Assembly (NCBI GenBank): GCA_039028895.1
Contig: JBCCHF010000013.1
Location: forward strand, 4,360-68,359
Direction of reading: 5' to 3'
Source of the DNA: Bacteroidota bacterium
GTDB lineage: Bacteria > Bacteroidota > Bacteroidia > Chitinophagales > Saprospiraceae
Length of the DNA: 64,000 nucleotides
Shown piece after piece: positions 42,958-52,142 of the stretch. Numbering within the stretch: position 1 is the stretch's first letter; every line of letters begins with the position of its first letter. The notes under the pieces are model-generated. The model saw only the letters and a program-made list of their open reading frames with translations. It ran no database searches and had not been told where the DNA came from. A program made the translations under genes and the position numbers.

Positions 42958-44462
42958 ACTTCACACTGCCGAATAGGGTGTTCATCACATTGGTTGTAAT
43001 GATTTTGGGTGTCAGGTTCTTACATTTTGGCGAATTGATTGATAATCCCCACGCCTGGAGGCAATGTGATACGGCAAACTATATTTTCGATTTTTTTAAA
43101 AATGGCATCGATATCTTTGAGCCTGCTGTATGCTGGATGGGGGCTCATAAGACCGTAATCCTTGAGTTCCCGTTACCGGAAGCTATGGTAGCTGTTTTCT
43201 ACCACGTTTTTGGAGAACATCATTGGGTCGCCCGGATGTTTTTCCTGCTGTGCTTTTGCGGAGCAGCCTATTATTTTTTTCTAATTATACTAGAACTTTT
43301 CGGTAAAACCAGGGCCAGGGTCGCTACTTTGATTTACCTTTCCCTACCATTGTCCATGTTTTATTCCAGAGCGATCCATATCGACTTCTTTGCTGTTTTT
43401 ATGGCGCATGGAATGTTTTTTCATTGGATGAAAGCCGTAAAAAATCAGGAGGCCAAGCATTGGATAGCAGGGGGTCTGTTTACTACTCTAGCATTTTTAG
43501 TAAAAGCACCTTATGCCTTTTTTCTCGCCTTGCCCCTTTTGATGATGGCAATACAGGAAAAACAGTTTGTTAAAAGTTTGAAGTGGACTTTTCTTTTAAT
43601 GTTGCCGATCATTCTATTTGTGCTTTGGCGTAGTTATGCTACCGGGGTAAACAGCTTGGCACCTGACTGGCATTACCTTGAAGCTTACCGCAAATTTGAT
43701 GAGAATACGTTCTGGTTTTTCGGCACTCTCGAACAACGACTTTCTTTATGGAATTGGCTAAGACTGGGTGAACGGCTGGCATTTGATGTCGTTGGTCATG
43801 CTGGGGTCTTGTTTGTCATTATTGGGTTTTTCCAGATGTGGTGGCTGAAACAGTACCCTTTTCTACTCGCATGGATGCTCGGGTTGTTGGTCTACTTATG
43901 TACCTTTTTTAACCTCAATCTGGTTCATGATTATTACCAAATCCCATTTTTACCAATTGCTTCTACCCTGATTACAATAGGCATTTTCTCCCTTTCGGGA
44001 AATGCAATGGTAGTCAGAATGAACATAAGTCGTTTTGCTTTTTTCGGGGGATTAGGCATCGTAATACTTGGCAATATCACTAATGCAGAACTGCGCTATT
44101 ATAAAACCGAAGATCAAAGGGTGCTTCAAGAAATAGGGGAGATCATAGAAGGGACAACCCCAACATCAGCGTTACCAGTAATCACCTATAATGATTTTGA
44201 TGTGCGTAATCCGCAAATCCTTTACCGAGCCAGAAGAAATGGTTGGTCAGTACCACTTCGAAACTGGAATGCAGAAGCCATAAACTTATTGACAGAAAAT
44301 GAAGGGGCTACACATTTTGTTTTTGTCGGTCCTGGTCCACCGGACGGGGCAATTGGGAAATTTACTCGGCGATTGAATTTGATTAATTCAACGAAACTGA
44401 ACAACACATATCTGAAAGTCTTTATTTGGACCCTATCGTATCAGGATGAAATTGAAAATTGA
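42930..44462 (+). CDS. Polytopic GT-C-fold glycosyltransferase, PMT_2/ArnT-like (polyprenyl-phosphate-sugar dependent)
   Basis: 510 aa with about 11-12 TM helices. The first periplasmic loop motif AWRQCDTANYIFDFF resembles the WRQxDTA motif of ArnT/PMT_2-type enzymes. A C-terminal soluble domain is present. It overlaps MT-2 by 28 nt. Confidence 0.6.
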   Translation: MDQDLKGKLDFTLPNRVFITLVVMILGVRFLHFGELIDNPHAWRQCDTANYIFDFFKNGIDIFEPAVCWMGAHKTVILEFPLPEAMVAVFYHVFGEHHWVARMFFLLCFCGAAYYFFLIILELFGKTRARVATLIYLSLPLSMFYSRAIHIDFFAVFMAHGMFFHWMKAVKNQEAKHWIAGGLFTTLAFLVKAPYAFFLALPLLMMAIQEKQFVKSLKWTFLLMLPIILFVLWRSYATGVNSLAPDWHYLEAYRKFDENTFWFFGTLEQRLSLWNWLRLGERLAFDVVGHAGVLFVIIGFFQMWWLKQYPFLLAWMLGLLVYLCTFFNLNLVHDYYQIPFLPIASTLITIGIFSLSGNAMVVRMNISRFAFFGGLGIVILGNITNAELRYYKTEDQRVLQEIGEIIEGTTPTSALPVITYNDFDVRNPQILYRARRNGWSVPLRNWNAEAINLLTENEGATHFVFVGPGPPDGAIGKFTRRLNLINSTKLNNTYLKVFIWTLSYQDEIEN

Positions 44463-44510
44463 CGATTTCAAATTAAAGATATTAAATATCTGATGTTAGA
44501 CGAGGTACCG

Positions 44511-45665
44511 TCAACGAAGCTTAAAATGAATCACTTTACGATCTTCCTTGCCAACGGTGATCGTCTGAGGATAAGGATCGGCATTAACAACACCATCTGC
44601 TTTGCCTGCAAAATCGAGGATTACCCTGTAAGTTCCTGGAGGTAGGTTTTTTACGACATAACCACAATTAGCATCAAAGCGTGCTGATTTTGAAATACCT
44701 GTATTGGGGTTATAGAAACTCACCTGATAAATTGTACAGCTCCGGGTATTTGAAAGGGTTCCTGAGACCTGATTGTTGATCGGTTGTTCCTTGTGTTTGA
44801 TAGTGAAATCGAATTTCGTAGTTTGTCCTGCTTTTACATGAACCACGTTGTCAATCTGACCTGGAAGGATTTGGTAATTATCCTTGTGTGGGTAATTAAT
44901 TAAAACACTGACGAGGTATTTCCCGGGTTCGAGGTTGTTCAAGGTGTAGGCACAAGATTCAGGGGCAGGGTCGAGGAACTGGCTTTTTCGTTCTCCTTCT
45001 TTTAAAATGATAACCGCATATTTGGTACAATGCTGAGTCAGGCCTTTGGCTCTTCCGGTGATCGCGCCTTTGGTAAGGTGGTTTGGTGCATTCATTTCTA
45101 CCTTAGACTGAAGTTTTAGGTTAGGATTAACCTTGGCTTTTTCGATAGCCAGGTTATTATTACTGATTACCTTATCCTTGGGTTTTTCTATTTTTTCGAC
45201 AGAAGGCTTAGTTGGCTTTTTGCTAAAACTATAGATCTTTCTGTCCACTCCTGATTTGGATTTGGACGTCATGTCAAGTCGTAATATCCCTTTGCCAGGC
45301 ATTGATATGGTAAACGAAACTTTTTCAGGGTAGTTTGAAAAGACGCCGGTTACTTCATCCGTATTTTGTACCGGATCAGCCTGTGGATTTTGGATCGAGT
45401 GAGGTACTCCTTTAGATTCTCCCCAAAAGCATTTGCCGGAAGCTTCTGATTCGCATTGCCTAAAAAAATAAACCATGAGCAAGTCAGCATCCACTTGCTT
45501 TATGACCAGTTCTGGAACCAAAGCATCTTTGTTGACAGGCCACCATACCCCAGTATAATCAAGCATACCCTGCGCATGAGTTGAGGATATTAAAGTAAGA
45601 TTCAAAAAGCAAACGGTAAACAAAATGGATAAGACTGAACGAAGTCCGTTGATTACATAGTTCAT
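44511..45665 (-). CDS. Secreted hypothetical protein with two C-terminal carboxypeptidase-regulatory-like beta-sandwich repeats
   Basis: The ORF is 44511..45713. The Met at 45665 gives the signal peptide MNYVINGLRSVLSILFTVCFLNLTLISSTHAQ. Two related modules: CAYTLNNLEPGKYLVSVL...VKAGQTTKFDFTI and CGYVVKNLPPGTYRVILD...VGKEDRKVIHFKL. Confidence 0.5.
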   Translation of the reverse strand: MNYVINGLRSVLSILFTVCFLNLTLISSTHAQGMLDYTGVWWPVNKDALVPELVIKQVDADLLMVYFFRQCESEASGKCFWGESKGVPHSIQNPQADPVQNTDEVTGVFSNYPEKVSFTISMPGKGILRLDMTSKSKSGVDRKIYSFSKKPTKPSVEKIEKPKDKVISNNNLAIEKAKVNPNLKLQSKVEMNAPNHLTKGAITGRAKGLTQHCTKYAVIILKEGERKSQFLDPAPESCAYTLNNLEPGKYLVSVLINYPHKDNYQILPGQIDNVVHVKAGQTTKFDFTIKHKEQPINNQVSGTLSNTRSCTIYQVSFYNPNTGISKSARFDANCGYVVKNLPPGTYRVILDFAGKADGVVNADPYPQTITVGKEDRKVIHFKLR

Positions 45666-45735
45666 GGTTAGTTGGTTATAGGTTTTACAAATTTGAATAA
45701 GGGCTAACACCAAAGTTATCAGTAATTTAAGGACA

Positions 45736-47073
45736 TTATAACTCCAAACGTTGTGCCAAAGCAGAATAAAGCTTATTCTCTTTCGTCATAAACCTGTTTC
45801 TGAAGCTACTGCTTTGTGTATACGTCTGTTTGAAAACGGTTGAGGCCATGCGCGCATCTTTGGCGAGGTAAAGCCGTCCGCCATACTCAAGCACTATCCT
45901 GTCGAGTGCATCTAACATCGCAAAAAGTCCTTTTGTGATCTTGAAGTCAAGTGCCAATGTGTATCCTTGCATCGGAAAAGCGAGCGGACTTTGGTTGTGG
46001 CCGGGGCCCATGAGTTTCAAAACAGTCAGGAAAGATCCGAAACCAGAATCCCTGATTTTTGAAAGTAGTTCACTGATGCCTTTTTTTCCTTCTGATTGTG
46101 GTAACACGCATTGATATTGAGTAAAACCCTTCTTCCCATAGATCCTATTCCAGTGTAATAGACTGTCCAGTGGATAAAAATATGGTTCATAATGCACAAA
46201 GGATTGCTGGATATCTGCCCGTTGTCGTTGATAATAAAGAAAGTTAAAAGTCTTAATGCTAAATGAGTTTAAAAGCATTCCAGGAAGGAAAAAAGGAACA
46301 GAAATGGCCTTTTTTTTTCGAAACAAAAGGGGAGAAGCGGTATACTGCTCTGGGAGTTCCTCTACAGATGCATGTTCGCCATTGAGTAATAAGCCGCGGC
46401 CCAGTTTTTCGCCTTTGGCCATGCAGTCTATCCATGCCACCGAATAGGTGTCATCAACAGCATTATCGATTTTTTCCAGTGTTTCAGATAGCGTTTTTGT
46501 TTTATAACTGGTTTGCTTGATAAAGGCTGTTTGAACCTTTCGTAGCCTGAACGTAGCCGTTATGATGATGCCGGTCAATCCCATTCCACCACAAGTGGCC
46601 CAAAATAAAGCCGGGTTTTTAACTTTGCTGCATTCCACTACTTTCTCGTCTGCCTGGATTAACCGGAAGCTTTCGAGGAAATCGGAAAAACTGCCTTCCT
46701 TGTGATGGTTCTTCCCATGAATGTCTGCAGCAATGGCTCCCCCAACTGTAATGAACTTGGTGCCAGGAGACACACTTAGAAAAAATCCTTTTGGAACTAC
46801 CAGTTGTAAAATGTCAGCTAATAAAACTCCTGCCTGGCAGGTAATGATGCCGTTTTCTATATCAAAATCCAGAATCTGGTTCAGACTTAGCGTGCTAACC
46901 GTATTGTGAGCTAAAGCTGCATCGCCATAACACCTACCATTGCCGCGGGCGATCAAATTTCCTTTCTGGTTTAACCAGGTTTGTAGTTCATTAAGATGTC
47001 CAGGGTAATATAGGTTGGACTCCATTTTGGGATAATTGCCCCAATTGGCGATATGTTTCTTTTCAGAATGCAT
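45736..47073 (-). CDS. FAD-binding (PCMH-type) oxidoreductase, DprE1-like
   Basis: The ORF is 45736..47112. The Met at 47073 forms a TAATG overlap with the UbiA-like stop. NWGNYP...ARGNGRCYGDAAL parallels the GLGRSYGD segment of decaprenylphosphoryl-ribose oxidases. FAD_binding_4-like N-terminal half. Confidence 0.7.
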   Translation of the reverse strand: MHSEKKHIANWGNYPKMESNLYYPGHLNELQTWLNQKGNLIARGNGRCYGDAALAHNTVSTLSLNQILDFDIENGIITCQAGVLLADILQLVVPKGFFLSVSPGTKFITVGGAIAADIHGKNHHKEGSFSDFLESFRLIQADEKVVECSKVKNPALFWATCGGMGLTGIIITATFRLRKVQTAFIKQTSYKTKTLSETLEKIDNAVDDTYSVAWIDCMAKGEKLGRGLLLNGEHASVEELPEQYTASPLLFRKKKAISVPFFLPGMLLNSFSIKTFNFLYYQRQRADIQQSFVHYEPYFYPLDSLLHWNRIYGKKGFTQYQCVLPQSEGKKGISELLSKIRDSGFGSFLTVLKLMGPGHNQSPLAFPMQGYTLALDFKITKGLFAMLDALDRIVLEYGGRLYLAKDARMASTVFKQTYTQSSSFRNRFMTKENKLYSALAQRLEL

Positions 47074-47963
47074 TAAAAGACATACAATAAAAGTGCAAAG
47101 GTGATGATCCAAAGGAGCAGGATAAATCGCAAAACCGGATTTTGTAAAAATAGGCGAGTAGGTTGTCCACTTTCGCCATGAACAAAGGTTAATTGGAGGT
47201 ATTTCAGCATTCCGAAGATGACAAAGAAACTAGTGAAGTAGACATAGTTGTTGCCAATACGATCGGTAACTTCCGGTGATAAAGTATACATGAGATAAGC
47301 CACAGTAGTCACAGCTGACACAAAGACAATTGCAATATCGATGAATTGAAGATTATAGCCATTAAGCGCTGGACGAATATCAGTAGTGGTTTTTTCAGAA
47401 AGGATAAATTCATCGCGCCGCTTGCCTAGTCCGATCATCATCGCGCCGAGGAATGTCATGATGACAAGCCATTCCGAAATCGGAACATCCGCTAACTCAC
47501 CACCAGCGAAGATCCTTAACAGGAAACCCATCGCTAAGACGAAAAGGTCCACAAACGCAATTTTTTTCAAAAACAGGGTGTAAGAAATAGTCAGAACAAG
47601 ATAACTGCCAAGCAATATGCTGAATGTCGTTATTCCAATAGAGATCATCAAAACAAGCGCAATGACAAGGCACACCATTCCTGCGAAAATAGCCTCCTTG
47701 GAAGTAACCAGTCCGGCAGCTAATGGCCTCAATTTCTTTTTTGGATGTAGTCGATCAGCCTCAATGTCATAGTAGTCATTAAAAATATAGATGCTACTGG
47801 CCACTAGGCAAAAAGCGAAGAATCCAGCTAATAAAATAAGGACAAGAGACTGGTCAGTTATCACCTGGGCAAAGAATGCCGGCATAAAGATCAACAGGTT
47901 TTTGATCCATTGTTCCGGCCTGAGTAGGCGGATAATTGGCGGGATGGAAGCTTGCTGAGCCAT
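47073..47963 (-). CDS. UbiA-family prenyltransferase, decaprenyl-phosphate phosphoribosyltransferase-like
   Basis: 296 aa with about 8-9 TM helices. Asp-rich motif IFNDYYDIEADRLHPKKKLRPLAAG. Size and motif context resemble the DPPR-synthase branch of UbiA enzymes. Confidence 0.75.
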   Translation of the reverse strand: MAQQASIPPIIRLLRPEQWIKNLLIFMPAFFAQVITDQSLVLILLAGFFAFCLVASSIYIFNDYYDIEADRLHPKKKLRPLAAGLVTSKEAIFAGMVCLVIALVLMISIGITTFSILLGSYLVLTISYTLFLKKIAFVDLFVLAMGFLLRIFAGGELADVPISEWLVIMTFLGAMMIGLGKRRDEFILSEKTTTDIRPALNGYNLQFIDIAIVFVSAVTTVAYLMYTLSPEVTDRIGNNYVYFTSFFVIFGMLKYLQLTFVHGESGQPTRLFLQNPVLRFILLLWIITFALLLYVF

Positions 47964-47969
47964 GGAGGG

Positions 47970-48731
47970 TCAAAGATAAGATTTAAAAACCACCGGATCT
48001 CTGAAGGCTATTGTGTTAAACCTCATCGGGTAAAGTGTGTAGTTGTTTTTTTCCAGATGAGCTGAAACATCACTCAGTTCAGTTGAAGCCAAATGACAAT
48101 GTTCAAAAACAATTAATGATGGTTGGAATGTTTCAAATTCAATGCTTTTCAAAATGATACCGTCATATCCTTCAGCGTCAATGATCAGGAGGTTGAAGTC
48201 TTCATTTTTATAGGGGGCCATCAAACTTTTTATGGTTTTGCACGCTACTTCGTATGATTCCAGCCTTAAGTGAGGGTGGTCATCCAATAGTGCAGCAGGA
48301 ATTGAAGGGTTAAGGCTGGCAAGTTGATTCACCCATTCCGGCGTTTGTTCTGGAGGGCCGGTAAGTATGTGAAATTTTTGTTTACCGTCTGTTTTTGAAA
48401 TAGCTACATTTTCAAATTCGAGACCACTAACTCCCTTGAATTTTCTTATTAGTTTTTTGAAAAGATCGGGCTGCGGTTCTACCATTATGCCCTTCCAGCC
48501 TTGATTGAAAATGTAATAAAACAAAGGGTCTGAGGTCTGTCCTTCGTGGGCGCCTATCATTAGAAAGTACACATTTTCATGATGCCTGGAAAAAATGTTT
48601 ATTGCATGATGAACGGAAGGAAATGCAGGAGGCCTTAAAAACATCCTTAGCCTGTTAAATGGTCTAGGATACCTCGAATCAAGGAATGACGTTAATTGTT
48701 TTATTATTCTTTTCATTAAACTTGTAAGCAC
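47970..48731 (-). CDS. FkbM-family SAM-dependent methyltransferase
   Basis: 253 aa (GTG at 48731; first ATG at 48716). FLMIGAHEGQTSDPL and LLIIDAEGYDGIILKSI are typical FkbM-family segments. Confidence 0.65.
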   Translation of the reverse strand: MLTSLMKRIIKQLTSFLDSRYPRPFNRLRMFLRPPAFPSVHHAINIFSRHHENVYFLMIGAHEGQTSDPLFYYIFNQGWKGIMVEPQPDLFKKLIRKFKGVSGLEFENVAISKTDGKQKFHILTGPPEQTPEWVNQLASLNPSIPAALLDDHPHLRLESYEVACKTIKSLMAPYKNEDFNLLIIDAEGYDGIILKSIEFETFQPSLIVFEHCHLASTELSDVSAHLEKNNYTLYPMRFNTIAFRDPVVFKSYL

Positions 48732-48747
48732 AAACGAAAGGTAAAAT

Positions 48748-49536
48748 ATGGAAAATACGGTACTCAGTCATTATGCCTCTATCAACGCAGAATTTTTGCA
48801 TGGTGCCGGTATGGCTGGAACCGAACAGTTATTCTCATACCTTCCTATTCATGATCATCAAAATGTTCTTGAAATTGGATTTGGAACCGGGGCTAGTCTG
48901 GTACGCCTAAAAGGGCGATTCCCGGATTTGGAAGTCTGTGGCATTGAGGCTTCAGAATTAATGCTCCAAAAAGCTAAAAAACGGTTTCGCTGGAGTGGTT
49001 TAAGTCCAACTCACCTAAAGGTTAAAGGTGTTCCGCCTTATCCTTTTGAGCATGACTCCTTTGATATCATTTATATCGAATCTGTCTTGGCGATACTTTC
49101 TCTTGAAAAGATTGATGCTATCCTGACTGAAATTTTCAGGCTACTTAAGCCTGGAGGCCATTTTGGACTTAACGAAACCATTTGGCTTCCAGAGATATCA
49201 TCTGCGGAAATTTCAAGAATCAACGATGCCTGCTTCAGGAAATATGGAATTATTCAATCTAACGAAGAACTAGAAGACGCCAATTCATGGGCAAGTACAA
49301 TTGAAAGCAAAGGCTTTAAACAACTGATTACTGAACCTGTTGTACCCAAAGCTTGGAACAAGAAGACAAGCTGGGTTGAAAAGCGATCAAGACTTTTTAC
49401 CCTTTTCGGAAAAATCAATGGTAAAATATCAGCAAAACATAGAAAAGTAGAACAAGAAATTATGGACTTCCAGAACAGCCTGTTTGAACCAGGAAAGGCC
49501 TACATGACGGGTCATATTTTTGTTTACACAAAATAA
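48748..49536 (+). CDS. Class I SAM-dependent methyltransferase (MT-3)
   Basis: 262 aa. Motif I is VLEIGFGTGASLVRL, post-I is VCGIEASE, motif II region is FDIIYIESVL, and LLKPGGHFGLNE follows. Confidence 0.8.
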   Translation: MENTVLSHYASINAEFLHGAGMAGTEQLFSYLPIHDHQNVLEIGFGTGASLVRLKGRFPDLEVCGIEASELMLQKAKKRFRWSGLSPTHLKVKGVPPYPFEHDSFDIIYIESVLAILSLEKIDAILTEIFRLLKPGGHFGLNETIWLPEISSAEISRINDACFRKYGIIQSNEELEDANSWASTIESKGFKQLITEPVVPKAWNKKTSWVEKRSRLFTLFGKINGKISAKHRKVEQEIMDFQNSLFEPGKAYMTGHIFVYTK

Positions 49537-49548
49537 CCAGCCTTAAGC

Positions 49549-50994
49549 ATGCATAAACGGCAGAAATTTAGAAGACTGATATTATGGGGAGAAATGCTCT
49601 TAATTTTTGGCTGTATAAGTATCTATTTGGTAGATATCATAATGGGGGATGGTGATGGTGTCATTGATCAATTTCATCTGAACCCTTTTTCCATATTTAT
49701 TTGCCTCCAGGTCTTGATTTTGTTGTTATTGGGGATGAGCAGTAAAATTAGTTGGCTGGTCAATAGTTGCCTGACTTTATTTTCTCTGCTGGTCATTACC
49801 ATTCTCGTTGATATCGGCATTTCAATGATCCATGATAAAGAGAAACCAGGCATCAAACCCATAACGGGTCATTATCCCTACAATTGGCACGATCCAATTT
49901 ACTTTAAGAACTATAACCCTGAATGTACATTTAAGTTAAAACTTCCTAAAAAAGATGGTGGAGGCGAGATTTTTTCCAATATCAACAAACAGGGTATTCG
50001 TGGTCCGGAAATTCCAATCAAAGATTCTTCAAGAAATCGGGTTTTGTTGATAGGAGACTCCTTCATTCAGGCACTTCAGGTGCCTTTTGAGGCTAGTATA
50101 GGAAATAGACTGAATGACTTACTTCCTGACTCCATTGAGGTATTTCAGCATGGCTTTGCAAGTTGGTCACCGCTTTTAGAGTTGAATTGGTTGTTACGTA
50201 AGGGGATAGCGTTTGATCCTGACCATGTTGTGTTTTTTCTTTTCGCTAATGATCTTTATTCTGGAGACAAAGTCGGGGATTCAGGATATATGCCTTACAC
50301 AAAATTTAATGATTTGGGTCTGCCAGCTGGATTTGATTTTGACCTGGTAAAAAATGAAACAAGACGAGATCCTATCCACCTTTTTACTATTAAAATGAAA
50401 CAACGGCCTCTTCCTAAAATGCTCAATCTGAAGTTGCGAAAATTGAAGTATGACATTATGTTCCCTTCATCGAAGGTGGATAAGTTATTACAATTACCTG
50501 CAGAAGAATTTGAAGGACTTTATACCGAAGCTGATTTCGGTAACGATCCCATGCTTTCAGTAGGATGGGACTTAATTGCAAGTTGCCGTGATACCGCCAT
50601 TTGGGATAAAAAAATGAGAAAAAGAGCAGCTACTACAGAGAATATACTAAGAAGAACCAATGAATTCCTGAAGGCTAAAAATATCGAATTTTCAATCGTC
50701 TTAATTGCTTCACCCTGGATGTTTCCTGACGAGGGAGTGAGTGGAAGGTTGGCTTATGGGCTAAAAAAGGAACTTCCACACAACACAGGTCTCCCTCAAT
50801 GGATCAGCCACTTTTGTGCTAATGCAAACACCTCTTTTCTCAACCTGTATCACAGATTTGATAAGTATAAAGAAGACAACCCAGGCAGTCAATTGTTTTG
50901 GGATTTTGATGGACATTGGACTGAAGAAGGACACAGGGTGGCAGCGGAGGCTGTAGGTAAGCTGATCGAAAATCATCTTCAGTCGGATCAATAG
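49549..50994 (+). CDS. Membrane-anchored SGNH/GDSL-family hydrolase or acyltransferase-like protein
   Basis: 481 aa with 3 N-terminal TM helices. Block I is RVLLIGDSFIQAL and block V-like is FDGHWTEEGH (D-x-x-H). Confidence 0.6.
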   Translation: MHKRQKFRRLILWGEMLLIFGCISIYLVDIIMGDGDGVIDQFHLNPFSIFICLQVLILLLLGMSSKISWLVNSCLTLFSLLVITILVDIGISMIHDKEKPGIKPITGHYPYNWHDPIYFKNYNPECTFKLKLPKKDGGGEIFSNINKQGIRGPEIPIKDSSRNRVLLIGDSFIQALQVPFEASIGNRLNDLLPDSIEVFQHGFASWSPLLELNWLLRKGIAFDPDHVVFFLFANDLYSGDKVGDSGYMPYTKFNDLGLPAGFDFDLVKNETRRDPIHLFTIKMKQRPLPKMLNLKLRKLKYDIMFPSSKVDKLLQLPAEEFEGLYTEADFGNDPMLSVGWDLIASCRDTAIWDKKMRKRAATTENILRRTNEFLKAKNIEFSIVLIASPWMFPDEGVSGRLAYGLKKELPHNTGLPQWISHFCANANTSFLNLYHRFDKYKEDNPGSQLFWDFDGHWTEEGHRVAAEAVGKLIENHLQSDQ

Positions 50995-51008
50995 ATGCTT
51001 CATGTTTT

Positions 51009-52130
51009 TTATAACAGAGACCTATAGTATTCGACCATTTGTTTTGCAATAACCTCGTAGCTCAAATGCTTTTTGAAAAAGTTTAAACAGCTTTCCGAAG
51101 CCTGTTTCTGATCTTGATTTAAAGTTGTTCTTAATGCAATTTCAAAAGCATCGACATCTCCTGGAGGCCATAGTTTGCCAACTGTTCCGTCTCCAGTCAT
51201 CTTGATAAACGAAGGAATTTTAGTGATCACCGGAATGCACCCACAGGCTAAAGCCTCAAGGACAGCATAACCCGAACCTTCTTTGTGACTACCGAGTAAA
51301 AAGTAATCAGCACTATTATAATATTCGGGTAAGTCATTTCGTTTTTTCGGACCAAGTAGAAATACAGATTTTACAATTTCAGGATTATTGCCGAGATAGG
51401 TTTCGACTTCATTGATCATATTATCGAATTTGTAGATCATGTAAAGCTTGGCTCCAGGGTAGTCTGGTAAAACACGATTAAAGCCTTCCAGAATAGTTAG
51501 TGGGTCTTTATTAGCATTGAGATTACCGACCCAAAGACAAACAGGTTGGCCATTCATTCCTGATTCTTGCCTGGCAATATCTCGGTCGGTTCTTTTAAAC
51601 TTCACAGATGCTTCCATCACAAATCGGACTTGATCAGGCTTAAATATTCCCTTGTGAAGCCACACTTTTTCCTGACCTTCTGCAGAAAAAAATGCCAAAG
51701 CCACATTGCGAAATACACGTTTTTGGATATAATTCCTGACTGAGTATTTCGGCGTTTCAGCATGATTTTGAATAACAACTGGAACTTTGGTAAGGCTAAA
51801 CAGATGACGATGTTGTAATACCTTATTGAAATTATGACAATGGATAATGTCAGGTTGCAGTCCGGCAACTTGTTTATGGAGTTGCCTGGGAATCTGCCAG
51901 AATTTTAATGCCGGACCAAATTCATCGGCATAAAAGTAATAATCCACCCCATTTCTGTTGACCCTCGCTGCTTTGGTAAACCGGAGGATAGCACTTATTT
52001 TACATCCTTGTTGCACTAGTGCTTCAGCCCAATCTGTTAAGCTATACAAAGCATTGAGCAAATTATCAGGATCGCTTATTTCTTCCAGGTACTCATGTAC
52101 AATAAAGCAGATATGAGGGTGTGGTTTCAT
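51009..52130 (-). CDS. GT4-family (GT-B fold) glycosyltransferase
   Basis: 373 aa. C-terminal E-x7-E region HKEGSGYAVLEALACGCIPV. Typical GT4 size. Confidence 0.8.
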   Translation of the reverse strand: MKPHPHICFIVHEYLEEISDPDNLLNALYSLTDWAEALVQQGCKISAILRFTKAARVNRNGVDYYFYADEFGPALKFWQIPRQLHKQVAGLQPDIIHCHNFNKVLQHRHLFSLTKVPVVIQNHAETPKYSVRNYIQKRVFRNVALAFFSAEGQEKVWLHKGIFKPDQVRFVMEASVKFKRTDRDIARQESGMNGQPVCLWVGNLNANKDPLTILEGFNRVLPDYPGAKLYMIYKFDNMINEVETYLGNNPEIVKSVFLLGPKKRNDLPEYYNSADYFLLGSHKEGSGYAVLEALACGCIPVITKIPSFIKMTGDGTVGKLWPPGDVDAFEIALRTTLNQDQKQASESCLNFFKKHLSYEVIAKQMVEYYRSLL

Positions 52131-52142
52131 CTAATTTGAAAA

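Noticed and set aside
44477-44491. Palindrome AGATATTAAATATCT between the GT-C gene and the convergent secreted-protein gene
   Set aside because: The 7-bp arms leave only a 1-nt loop, so the sequence cannot form a terminator hairpin. It is A/T-rich and could arise by chance, and no second copy is seen.
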